Shown: in pieces, positions 24,597 through 32,666 of the stretch
Position numbering within the stretch: position 1 is the first letter of the stretch
Layout of the letters: every line of letters begins with the position of its first letter
From: a virus
Length of the DNA: 36,474 nt
Direction: 5' to 3' (one strand)
Virus record (IMG/VR): IMGVR_UViG_3300037461_000275
Location: 1 to 36,474 of that record
The notes under the pieces: generated by a model
The model's database searches: none
What the model was told of the DNA's origin: nothing
What the model saw: only the letters and a program-made list of their open reading frames with translations
Made by a program: the position numbers and the translations under genes

Positions 24597-25255
24597 CGTC
24601 CCATCCATTTTTTTGTCGGTTTGCCCAGCAGCTCGCGCGTCCATCCGGAGAGGGACCGGACGCGGTCCTGGAACCACAGCGCTTTCGCCGTCTCCCACTC
24701 GCGCCGGGGAGATCCCGCAAAGAGCTTTGTCGCGGTCCCCGCCGGGTCGTAAAAATGCCCCTTGTTGTCCAGCGGCACGCCGGCCAGGATGATCCGGTCG
24801 TACCCCAGGCCCAGCCCGACGGCCACGGCAAACAGCGACGACGTGCCGGCCAGGCAGCAGCCGATCATCGGCCAGATATAGTCGCAATTCATAACCTGGG
24901 GATCCAGGCTTGCCCGGTAGGCATGACAGGTGACGTGGCTATTGTCGCAGCCGTATTGCTGGCGGAGCTTGCGCCATAGCGGCGGCTCCTCCGCATGCAG
25001 CGACGCCCCATGATGGACGCGCTTTTTCCAATGCAGGATCATGTTATTGACGGCGATCACCGCCGCGCCGTTTGCCTCCGGATCGAAGGCCTTGAGATCC
25101 CGCCACACGGTCCGGCCGGTCGCCATGACGACGGCCAGGCCCTTAAAGTTGCCGGCGCACCGGGGCGGGGCCGTACCCCGCCCCCGGATGCCGTTGATCT
25201 CCCACTCGCCAGGAGCGGGAACGTTGCTTAAACCTGTCAACATTTTACGCGCCAT
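24593..25255 (-). CDS. Rossmann-like glycosyl/nonulosonate-transferase-like protein (Cst-II / Maf / DUF115-like architecture; tentative)
   Basis: LAVVMATGRTVWRDL ... AAVIAVNNM ... LAGTSSLFAVAVGLGLGYDRIILAGVPLDNKGHFYD mirrors Cst-II IIAGNGPSL ... FRCN ... ITSGVYMCAVAIALGYKEIYLSGIDFY. The ATG at 25255 follows AAAGGGG (the track start at 25261 is a TTG). Confidence 0.55.
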   Translation of the reverse strand: MARKMLTGLSNVPAPGEWEINGIRGRGTAPPRCAGNFKGLAVVMATGRTVWRDLKAFDPEANGAAVIAVNNMILHWKKRVHHGASLHAEEPPLWRKLRQQYGCDNSHVTCHAYRASLDPQVMNCDYIWPMIGCCLAGTSSLFAVAVGLGLGYDRIILAGVPLDNKGHFYDPAGTATKLFAGSPRREWETAKALWFQDRVRSLSGWTRELLGKPTKKWMGR

Positions 25256-25267
25256 GCACAAACCCCT

Positions 25268-25702
25268 TTAGTTCGGGCAGAGCAGGAGCAGCTGCCATTG
25301 GATGGTCCCGGACAGGGTCTCCGTCGCCGTCGTGATGAGAATGTCCGTGTCCGCGGTAAACTTATAGCCCTGGCCGTGTGAGCCGACCGTCCCGATCCGG
25401 CTGATCGCCGTATTCTGGCCGGCCGTGGTAAACACGGTGGCCGCCAGGAAGCGGTCCGCGTCGCCGGAGTCGCCCACTTCGAGCGTCCCCGCGCTGGACA
25501 GATCGTCCGCCTGGAGCCAGCCGCCCAGGAACACCTCGCCCTTGCGGGCCTTGCCCGCGACGATCGTTGATCCGGCCACCAGGGAAGCCGCCTCGTAACT
25601 GTCGCAGATCCCGCGCACCTTGCCCCGCCATTCAGCCCCCAGCAGGGTCCTCATGGACGGATCGGCCGCGATTGCCGCATTAACGCCTTTTTCTGCACTC
25701 AT
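25268..25702 (-). CDS. Capsid decoration / cement-like protein (by position), 144 aa
   Basis: Immediately downstream of the MCP. Beta-rich and Gly-rich. RBS GAAGGAGG. Confidence 0.6.
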   Translation of the reverse strand: MSAEKGVNAAIAADPSMRTLLGAEWRGKVRGICDSYEAASLVAGSTIVAGKARKGEVFLGGWLQADDLSSAGTLEVGDSGDADRFLAATVFTTAGQNTAISRIGTVGSHGQGYKFTADTDILITTATETLSGTIQWQLLLLCPN

Positions 25703-25718
25703 TGTTACCTCCTTCTGT

Positions 25719-25749
25719 GCGGGACGGGGTCGCCGTTACCCCCGCCCGC
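25719..25749 (-). other. GC-rich stem-loop between the MCP and decoration genes
   Basis: GCGGGaCGGGG-tcgccgtta-CCCCCGCCCGC gives 10 bp with one bulge. No U-tract follows on the transcribed strand. It ends 6 nt before the next RBS. Confidence 0.45.
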
Positions 25750-25772
25750 GGTTAAGTGTTATCCCGGGCCGC

Positions 25773-26636
25773 TTAACCCTCCCAGGCCTGGACCTCGACA
25801 ACGCCCTTTTCATCCATCCGGGTCGCGCCGATATTCATCCCGCAATAAACCTGGGTCGAATAGTTTTTGTCCGCGCGCTCGGATACCCTTGTGATGACGT
25901 CCGTCCCGACGCCCACCAGGATTGAATTCTTGCTGTACGCCAGGCAGGACCGCACGCTGGACGCCACCGCCAGGCGCTCCGTCCGGATGAACTTGAAGCC
26001 CATAAACGTGTCAAGCTGCCCCTGGACCAGGGCCTTGACCGTGTTGTAATCGGCCGACTTGACCTCCGTCACCTGGAGCAGGACGGCCAGCTGTTTCGCG
26101 TTGAGGATAAAGTATCGCTCCTCGTCGGGATCGTTTTCCGCCGCGTCCAGGATCTCCTTTGCGCTTGCCAGCTTTGCCAGCGACAGACCGGCGGATCCGT
26201 GGGCAATGCGATATGACGACGTGTCAAACGTGTAGCTTGACGATCCGTCGACGCCCCCGTATGCCGTTGCCAGGGCCGCCAAAATGATCGCGTCGTCGAT
26301 GGCGCGATTCATTGCCGCCACGGCATTGACGACGTACTTGCTGGTGGGATCCGTGATCAGCGCCGCCCGGTCGAAAATGTCGATGAGGTCCGCCCAATCG
26401 TACGGGCTCATGGACACCCGGCGCCGGACGTGCGGCGTGGAGACGAGCGGCGTATCGCCGTGGCGCGTGGTGCGCTTGACGGCCGCCGTCGCATCGATTT
26501 GGTCGAAAAATCCGTACTCGCCCTGGACGCTTTCCTCCCGGACAGCCCTCCTCAGACGAGACGCCTTCTGCTGCTGCAGCAGTACGATATTGTCGTTATA
26601 CTGCCGCACCATTGCGGTTGTAATTTCAAAACTCAT
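25773..26636 (-). CDS. Major capsid protein
   Basis: 287 aa from the ATG at 26636 (RBS GGAGGT). Its position after the scaffold and its composition and length fit HK97-fold podovirus MCPs. Confidence 0.8.
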   Translation of the reverse strand: MSFEITTAMVRQYNDNIVLLQQQKASRLRRAVREESVQGEYGFFDQIDATAAVKRTTRHGDTPLVSTPHVRRRVSMSPYDWADLIDIFDRAALITDPTSKYVVNAVAAMNRAIDDAIILAALATAYGGVDGSSSYTFDTSSYRIAHGSAGLSLAKLASAKEILDAAENDPDEERYFILNAKQLAVLLQVTEVKSADYNTVKALVQGQLDTFMGFKFIRTERLAVASSVRSCLAYSKNSILVGVGTDVITRVSERADKNYSTQVYCGMNIGATRMDEKGVVEVQAWEG

Positions 26637-26780
26637 GGCAACCTCCAAAATTTGTTGACTTTACAATGGGTTATTCGCACTCGTTCTGCGATTGCCCGTT
26701 GCCGGATCGCTTGCCTTCGGCCGCTTTCCGGATCTCCAATTCATGAAGATTGCCCGGTTTTGTGTTGCCCCCGGTCGATT

Positions 26781-26837
26781 GATCCCTCCGGGCGGAGCCG
26801 GAGAAGGACGGGAACGGCTTGCCCGCCCGGAGAGATC
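26781..26837 (-). other. Long stem-loop just downstream of the scaffold gene, within the 208-nt scaffold-MCP spacer
   Basis: GATCCCTCCGGGCGG (26781-26795) pairs with CCGCCCGGAGAGATC (26823-26837) with one mismatch, plus an inner AGCCG/CGGCT stem. No U-tract. Confidence 0.5.
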
Positions 26838-26844
26838 CGCCGGG

Positions 26845-27690
26845 TTACTTCTGTGCGCGCATGATGATCCCGTTTAGCTGCAGGACCGTCTCCAGCGCCT
26901 CCGCATGCCGCGGATGTTTCTTGTCAAAATAGGCCGCGTTGAGCGGATTGTCCTTGTTTGTCATAATGTCCATTTTCTTCTGCTGGGCCTGTTCCGGAGA
27001 CGACGCCAGGTCGGCCGCGCCGTCGCCTTTGTGCAGCCCGGCCTCCCGGAGCTGCTGCCCGATCTTCGCCAGCAGGACCGTCAGGGCCGGCGACCGTCCC
27101 GCCAGCTCCATGATCCCCTGCTTGTGCTCGTCGTTCGCGCCGAACAGGCCGACAACCTTGCCGGCCATTTCCCCGGCCTTGTCAGCCTCCGCGCCGAATG
27201 TCTCCTTGAGGAGCTTCTGCCCATCCTCCGCGGCCTTTTTTTCGGCCTCCAGCAGGGCGCCGTACTCGGCCGCGACGCTTTCATTGTAGTAGCTGAAAAG
27301 GCCCTGGGCCTGTTTCGCGGTCAGGCCCAGCTTGTGGGCCGCCTCCCGGTAAGTCTTTTCCGCGTTTTCGTTCCAGGACAGGCCATCCGGCAGCTGGCCC
27401 TTGTCCAGCGTGTATTTATCCGGCGCCTCCGGCCGCCCCAGCTTGTTGTAAACCGCCTCCCAATTCTCCGGCGTGTCCAGCGCGCCGGCCGGCAGCACGA
27501 TCTTTTCCCCGCCGACGAGCTTCTGCGCGTTGACGTAGGACTTCGCCAGGCCGCCCAGGTCCTTGATCGGCGCCAGCGTCGGATCGTCTTTGAGCTCCGG
27601 CGGCACAAACTCCCGCCAATTTTCCGCGTTAAGTGTTACGGTCGTCTGATTGCCCGCCCCCGGCGTGTTCGGATCAGTACCATCACTCAT
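26845..27690 (-). CDS. Scaffolding protein
   Basis: Lies between the portal block and the MCP. Acidic and helical, with motifs such as LGLTAKQAQGLFSYYNESVAAEYGALLEAEKKAAEDGQKLLKE typical of phage scaffolds. Confidence 0.75.
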   Translation of the reverse strand: MSDGTDPNTPGAGNQTTVTLNAENWREFVPPELKDDPTLAPIKDLGGLAKSYVNAQKLVGGEKIVLPAGALDTPENWEAVYNKLGRPEAPDKYTLDKGQLPDGLSWNENAEKTYREAAHKLGLTAKQAQGLFSYYNESVAAEYGALLEAEKKAAEDGQKLLKETFGAEADKAGEMAGKVVGLFGANDEHKQGIMELAGRSPALTVLLAKIGQQLREAGLHKGDGAADLASSPEQAQQKKMDIMTNKDNPLNAAYFDKKHPRHAEALETVLQLNGIIMRAQK

Positions 27691-27979
27691 TGCCTGTTAC
27701 CTCCTTGATTGAATTCATGTTGCCGTCCCGGCGCACCATGCCCAGGATATACAAAACGACGTTGCGGCTCCCCTCGTTGACCAGGGCAACCTCCACTTTG
27801 TCCACCGCCGGATCGAACGTCGGCCCGACGAAACAAAACTGATTGGCCAGGTCGTCCAGGACGATCTTTCCGTATTCCGTCCCGAACACTTGCCGGTATG
27901 CCGCGAGGATCTGTTTCTCCCGGCGCTGCGCGTCCCGTACATCGACGAGCCTGGAGTATATGCGCTTGAAGATCTCCAT
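27683..27979 (-). CDS. Small conserved protein downstream of the portal (Bbp19-like, tentative)
   Basis: 98 aa. FGTEYGKIVLDDLANQFCF...EGSRNVVLYILGM resembles the small ORF that follows the portal in BPP-1-like podoviruses. TAATG overlap with the portal gene. Confidence 0.6.
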   Translation of the reverse strand: MEIFKRIYSRLVDVRDAQRREKQILAAYRQVFGTEYGKIVLDDLANQFCFVGPTFDPAVDKVEVALVNEGSRNVVLYILGMVRRDGNMNSIKEVTGNE

Positions 27980-29619
27980 TATTTAGCCCCTCCGCCCATC
28001 ATGTCCAGCATGGAGCCCTTTTCGATTGCCTTGCCCGGCGGGACAGCCTTGACCATTTCGCCCAGGGCCGCGACTTGCTGCTGCTGCTGCTGGATCTCCG
28101 CGCGCTGCTGCCTTTTTTCCAGAACGCGCTCATCCGAGGCGATAAAGTCCTCAGAGACGCCCAGGCGGCGCAGGATCCCGACGGCCGCTTTGTCGGTTTC
28201 CACCACGTCCACAACCTCCGGCGCAAAGGTGGACATGCCGCCGACGATCTCGAGCCCCTGGGTTATGGCCTGGACCTCGCCGAACCGCATGGCCATTGCC
28301 AGCCGGCCGGTATATTGGATGGAAAGACCGGATCCGACCAGCGCGTCCGGGACCTGGCCCATGTAGCCCAGCCGGAACATGATCCAGAACGTCCGCTCCA
28401 GCAGCCGGCCCAGGTACTCCTTTTGGATCCGCCCCAGGGCCGCCCCCAGGTGCAGTTGCGCCTGTTCCGCGCGTTTGGAGATCTCATAGGCCGTACGTTG
28501 TGGATCGTCCGCACCCAGCCAGGCGAAAAAGTCATGGAAGAAATGCGCCGCGATCACTTGCCGGCGGTGCTCCTCGTATTCCAGGGCCAGCCGGTATTTG
28601 TCCGGCGTGTAGAGCGGCTCCGGCTTTGCCCCCGGCTTCGAGTATGTTATTCCTCCCGGCGTTTGGCGGATCGTTGACAGCGCCATTTCCATCGGCGCGA
28701 CCAGCGGCGGCCGGACGATAAGCTGCTGGGCCTTGATATCCTCCTCGCTCATCTTGTTGAGCATCTTGATATCCGCCAGCGCCCGCATGCCTGGGGAGTA
28801 GCCGTATTCCTCCTCGTCGCGCGGCTCCCAGCGCGGGACGGCGTACGGAAACTCCTCGTAACCCGACTCCTCCAGGATGTTGCCGCCGTCACGTTCGACG
28901 TAAGTTGACACATAGGGCATATTCAGCGCGCCGACCTTGCGCCGCATTTCACGGATCCGCCGGTCGAAAAACCATTGCTGGTCCTCGCGCTCGTACGCGG
29001 CATGGATGATATCAACCTCATGCGCCGGCGTCCTTTCGGCGATCCTCTGGATCCTGTCCGACGCCGTCTTTGGCCATTTCTTGACGACCCTCCGGGCGCT
29101 CATGCGCTCCTGCCGGAAAACAACATCGACCATCCGGTCCTGGTCCTCCATGATGGCGCAGCGCGCCGGCGAGAAGGCCGACAGCGCCAGGACGTTCTTT
29201 TTGCCCTCGCCGATATACAGCGGCGCCGTCCCGGCCCAGCCCAGGTTATGAAACACCTGGGGCGCGGTCATGCCGTTATTGGACTCGTTGAGGCAATCGT
29301 GCATGCGCTCCGTACAATCGCGCAGCCAGCGCTTAACGTCATTGCGCCGGCCGACGGTCTTGTCTTTTGCCTGGAGCTCAAACCATTGCGCCGCCGCGCT
29401 CATGACGTTCCCGTACATGCCGGACGCAAACGTCGTGAGGCACTTCATCCCCCAGGAGTCGTATATTTGCCGGCTGTGCTTTGACCCCAGGGTTTGATGC
29501 GTGACCACGTTCGCGCCGGCCGGATTGATGAACTCCGCGACCTCCTGGATATGCGTCTTGTATGTCCCCTTGCGGCCGTCCAGCTCGTCGTAGCGCTTGA
29601 CCAGGTCCATGCCGTTCAT
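27979..29619 (-). CDS. Portal (head-to-tail connector, T7 gp8-like)
   Basis: 546 aa. YEEFPYAVPRWEPRDEEEYGYSPGMRALADIKMLNKMSEEDIKAQ parallels T7 gp8 YIPIRMVRLDGESYGRSYIEEYLGDLRSLENLQEAIVK. Gln-rich C-terminus as in gp8. Confidence 0.9.
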   Translation of the reverse strand: MNGMDLVKRYDELDGRKGTYKTHIQEVAEFINPAGANVVTHQTLGSKHSRQIYDSWGMKCLTTFASGMYGNVMSAAAQWFELQAKDKTVGRRNDVKRWLRDCTERMHDCLNESNNGMTAPQVFHNLGWAGTAPLYIGEGKKNVLALSAFSPARCAIMEDQDRMVDVVFRQERMSARRVVKKWPKTASDRIQRIAERTPAHEVDIIHAAYEREDQQWFFDRRIREMRRKVGALNMPYVSTYVERDGGNILEESGYEEFPYAVPRWEPRDEEEYGYSPGMRALADIKMLNKMSEEDIKAQQLIVRPPLVAPMEMALSTIRQTPGGITYSKPGAKPEPLYTPDKYRLALEYEEHRRQVIAAHFFHDFFAWLGADDPQRTAYEISKRAEQAQLHLGAALGRIQKEYLGRLLERTFWIMFRLGYMGQVPDALVGSGLSIQYTGRLAMAMRFGEVQAITQGLEIVGGMSTFAPEVVDVVETDKAAVGILRRLGVSEDFIASDERVLEKRQQRAEIQQQQQQVAALGEMVKAVPPGKAIEKGSMLDMMGGGAK

Positions 29620-29631
29620 AATCGTCGCCCC

Positions 29632-29985
29632 CTATTGCCCCAGCAGCTGCTTCTTGCCGGACGTTGTCGCCGCGCTGCCCAGGCCCTGCTGCTCGCCCTC
29701 GGTAAAGACCGTCCGCGCCCTGGCCCGGATCATGGACATTTGCCGCTTCTGCTCCATTTGCGCCGCCTGGGACGACCCCTTTGCCGTGTCCGCCCCTGGC
29801 GTGTCCGGGATCCTCGACTCGACCGGCGGCATGTTGATCACCGGCCCGGACCGGTCCGCCTGGGCCGCAGCCACCGACGAGTACGTCGCCGCGCCGGCCA
29901 AAGCCACCGCAGCCACCGTCGCCGCGTTCGCATAGAGATAGCTCCCTACCGCCGCAATCAAACCGCCTACCGTCCACCCTGCCAT
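29632..29985 (-). CDS. Hypothetical protein with N-terminal hydrophobic segment (117 aa)
   Basis: ATG at 29985 (MAGWTVGGLIAAVGSYLYANAATVAAVALAGAA) after GGAGGTTAGGATC. The upstream part of track ORF 29632..30285 overlaps terL. Confidence 0.6.
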   Translation of the reverse strand: MAGWTVGGLIAAVGSYLYANAATVAAVALAGAATYSSVAAAQADRSGPVINMPPVESRIPDTPGADTAKGSSQAAQMEQKRQMSMIRARARTVFTEGEQQGLGSAATTSGKKQLLGQ

Positions 29986-29989
29986 GATC

Positions 29990-31663
29990 CTAACCTCCGA
30001 ATGGATTGAAATCCGCCGCCTGTCCGCCCCTGTCCGGCGAGGCCGGGACCTGGGCATAAGGCACGCGCCCCAGCGGATCGTACGACTCCGCCATGCCGGC
30101 CGGCCGCTGATTGTCCCACCAGGACCGCCCGGTCGAAAACGAGATCCCGATCCTTGACGCAGCCAGCAGCATGTACGCCGTCGCATGCCGGTAATGATCC
30201 GGCCCGATGTCTTTATATTCAGACACGCGGCCGCCGTCCGGCTTTTCCACCAGGACCTTAACGACGTTGCAAACCTCCGTCGCATACTGCTCCAGCTCTG
30301 AATTCAGCCGCGGGATCTCAAACCGGCCCGGCGCCATGACCGCGGTATGGACCCGATCCAGGCACTCCGTCCGGTTGATCGTGACCAGGCCCTCCTCCAG
30401 ATCCCAGCGCGCGTCGCCGCGTTGCCGCTCGACGTAGAAGGCCAGGAAGATCTCGTAAGGCTCCGCCTTTTGAAACTCGCGTGCCTTGTGCAGCTCTGGA
30501 CGCTGGTCGATCACCGCAGACTGTACGTTAAACCTGGCCGCGATATCATGGACGTCCGTCCAATCCTGGACGCGCCCGGCAAATGCGATCTTTGTCAGGC
30601 CGGCGGACGGCCGATAACCAACGACGACGTGCAGCGTGTTCCCGACGTCGACGCCCATGGCACACGGCCCGTTATGCCGCGTGTCCATCGCATCCTGGCC
30701 GATGCAGCGGTAAACGTCCTGGATTGTGAGGCGATTCGCGGCGTCGACGTACGCCCGGGCCAGCTTTGAATTGTAAAATACCTGGCGCTCCGCCGGCTGC
30801 AGCTCGTTGAGGCGCTCAAACTCATTCAGCAGCGCCGTCAGGTCGACGTAGCCGCTGCAGAGCTGGCTCATGAGCCGGCCGCGGCAATCCTTGACCTGGG
30901 GCGCTTGCGCCACCCAGCGGCCGTCGGCCGGATGGATCTCCCGGCCGCAATGGACACAGGCCCGGAAAACGGTCCCGTCCCGGCGCCTGGAGAGACAACG
31001 CGGGAACTCCAGCTCCATGACCGTGTCGTGGCGGCAGCGGTCGCAGCGGATCATCCAAACGTTCTGATCGCTGGCCTTGTACGCCGCGTCTATCCCGTAC
31101 CCGGGGACCGTCGGCGTGCTTAATTTGTGCTCCTCTTTCACGTTCGAATGGGCAAACCGTTCCCTGGCCAGCGGGATCATGGCCTGGTCCATTTCGTCAA
31201 ATTCGTCATAGACGATCCGGTCGACCGGGATGGATTTCAGTTTTGAGCTTGTTTTTGCGAGCCCTTCGATCTTTTGAGACGCGCGGGCGCCGCGCAGATA
31301 CAACATGGCCTTGCCGATCCGCTTGATGTTTGTGGCGTCCGTCGATTTGATATAGGCCCCGATATGGCCCGGGTTTTTGTCGATGAGGGAATTGAAGCGC
31401 GCTTTTGCGAAATCCGAGACGTCGTCGGCCGTCGGGAATAGATACAGCGTCCCCTGGGGCAGCCTGTCATGGATCATGGAGTGGATTGTCTTGAGCGCAG
31501 CCGCCTCCGTGAAGCCCATTTGTGAGCCCTTCACGTCGACCTGGTTTGGATGTTGATCCCGCATGACTTCGGCAAGGTACTCATGCCGCTCATGCGCAAA
31601 CGCGCCGGCGGCCAGCTGGATCCCGTTGTGATAGCACCAGTACCACGGATCCGTGGCCCTCAT
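29990..31663 (-). CDS. terL: Terminase large subunit (lambda GpA-like)
   Basis: Walker A-like VKGSQMGFTE and Walker B IVYDEFDEMD. Zn-ribbon-like CDRCRHDT...CVHCGREIHP is typical of GpA-family terminases. The ATG at 31663 lies 16 nt after the terS stop. Confidence 0.9.
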   Translation of the reverse strand: MRATDPWYWCYHNGIQLAAGAFAHERHEYLAEVMRDQHPNQVDVKGSQMGFTEAAALKTIHSMIHDRLPQGTLYLFPTADDVSDFAKARFNSLIDKNPGHIGAYIKSTDATNIKRIGKAMLYLRGARASQKIEGLAKTSSKLKSIPVDRIVYDEFDEMDQAMIPLARERFAHSNVKEEHKLSTPTVPGYGIDAAYKASDQNVWMIRCDRCRHDTVMELEFPRCLSRRRDGTVFRACVHCGREIHPADGRWVAQAPQVKDCRGRLMSQLCSGYVDLTALLNEFERLNELQPAERQVFYNSKLARAYVDAANRLTIQDVYRCIGQDAMDTRHNGPCAMGVDVGNTLHVVVGYRPSAGLTKIAFAGRVQDWTDVHDIAARFNVQSAVIDQRPELHKAREFQKAEPYEIFLAFYVERQRGDARWDLEEGLVTINRTECLDRVHTAVMAPGRFEIPRLNSELEQYATEVCNVVKVLVEKPDGGRVSEYKDIGPDHYRHATAYMLLAASRIGISFSTGRSWWDNQRPAGMAESYDPLGRVPYAQVPASPDRGGQAADFNPFGG

Positions 31664-31679
31664 CTTCGCCGGCGAAAGA

Positions 31680-32126
31680 TCAACCTTTGCCGCGTCGCTC
31701 TTTTTTGGTTTTGCTTTCAATCTGCTTTTGGATCTCCCTGCTGGCTTGCAGCAACAGCTCCCGCTCCTCCGGATCAATGTCATTGACCGACAGCGGCGTC
31801 GTGAAGGCCAGCTCATGCTTTTCGCTGGGATACAGCCCCAGGAGCTTCTGAGCGTCCATCCTGGCCCGTTGCCGGACGTCCCAGGCGATCACATCGAAGC
31901 CGACGACCGACTCCTCGTAGCCGTCCGCAATGATGGTTATCCGCGGATTTTGTGCATGGATGCCTCCCTTGATCTTGACGATCTTCGTCTCGTTTGCCGC
32001 GAGCTCCAGCTTGAGGTCCTGGGCAAGGCGTTCGATCGTAATGCCTTGTGTGGCCAGGGCCTCAAACATCGGAGCCGCGAGATATTTAAGCGCTGAATCA
32101 TCCATTTGTGGACGATTAAAGCACAT
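31680..32126 (-). CDS. terS: Terminase small subunit (candidate)
   Basis: Lies directly upstream of terL. C-terminal RQRARMDAQKLLGLYPSEKHE resembles the conserved TerS helix. The start is ATG 32126 or 32105. Confidence 0.6.
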   Translation of the reverse strand: MCFNRPQMDDSALKYLAAPMFEALATQGITIERLAQDLKLELAANETKIVKIKGGIHAQNPRITIIADGYEESVVGFDVIAWDVRQRARMDAQKLLGLYPSEKHELAFTTPLSVNDIDPEERELLLQASREIQKQIESKTKKERRGKG

Positions 32127-32145
32127 CTAAAAACGGCTTACAAAA

Positions 32146-32202
32146 GTGACATTAGGAGTGACACTGAGGAGTGACACTGAGGAGTGACACTGAGGAGTGA
32201 CA
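32146..32202. repeat. Tandem repeats GTGACATTAGGA-(GTGACACTGAGGA)x3-GTGACA upstream of terS
   Basis: GTGAC occurs at 32146, 32158, 32171, 32184 and 32197 (12/13-bp period). A sixth AGTGACA lies at 32271-32277. A7 and an AT-rich stretch follow at 32202-32260. Confidence 0.85.
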
Positions 32203-32278
32203 AAAAAATATATTTTTCGCCTCTTTTTATTGAGGAATTACAAGCACTTAACTTTTTAAAACCGTCCACGAGTGACAG

Positions 32279-32497
32279 CTAAAACGCCCTTTTTTCCAGA
32301 GACTTTTTCGTCGCCCAAAATTTCAGCATGGACGGGAAGGCGCAGACCGTTTTTCGGGGCGGCCTTCCGATCTTCCGGTAGAAGATGATCCCCATGTTGG
32401 CCAGATCATCCTTGCGCCGCATCATGGTCCGCCGGTTGCAGTTGAACAGCCTCGCAATGGCCGTCCACCCCTGGATCGCGGTTTCGCTATCTCCCAT
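32279..32497 (-). CDS. Small HTH DNA-binding protein (excisionase/AlpA-like HTH; possible late regulator or Xis)
   Basis: GWTAIARLFNCNRRTMMRRKDDLANMGIIFYRKIGRPPRKTVCAFPSML fits the MerR-like HTH_17 pattern. It is the last gene before the repeat-bearing intergenic region and terS. Confidence 0.6.
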   Translation of the reverse strand: MGDSETAIQGWTAIARLFNCNRRTMMRRKDDLANMGIIFYRKIGRPPRKTVCAFPSMLKFWATKKSLEKRAF

Positions 32498-32666
32498 CCT
32501 CAGATCCTCCTCCGTCTTTGCGTTGCGCCGGCGAAGGCGGCCGGATGCTTACGATCTCGACGACCTTTTCTCCTGTCCTGGTCGTCCGGCTTTTGTCCTC
32601 GTAATGGACGGAATCAAACAGCGGATCTTTCGGCGTTTCCATTTGTGACCAATGTTTTTCTGTCAT
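32487..32666 (-). CDS. Small hypothetical protein (59 aa, MTEKHWSQMETPKDPLFDSVHYEDKSRTTRTGEKVVEIVSIRPPSPAQRKDGGGSEDGR)
   Basis: Hand translation. ATGA-coupled to the upstream gene. Overlaps the next start by 11 nt. Confidence 0.4.
   Translation of the reverse strand: MTEKHWSQMETPKDPLFDSVHYEDKSRTTRTGEKVVEIVSIRPPSPAQRKDGGGSEDGR

Noticed and set aside
26668-26730. A third, degenerate GGCNN-type array in the scaffold-MCP spacer (GGTTAT ... GCCGCTTTCC)
   Set aside because: The GCC spacing is irregular (5-7 nt) and the flank-like motifs are in inconsistent orientation. This is probably a coincidence of GC-rich sequence.
25719-26837. The GC hairpins flanking the MCP gene as intrinsic terminators
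   Set aside because: Neither has a U-tract on the transcribed strand, and downstream genes need read-through. They are kept only as possible processing or stability elements.
31663-31816. N-terminal 51 codons of the terL track ORF
   Set aside because: They overlap the terS 3' end in another frame and are Arg/Ser/Cys-rich. The conserved terminase sequence begins after the ATG at 31663.
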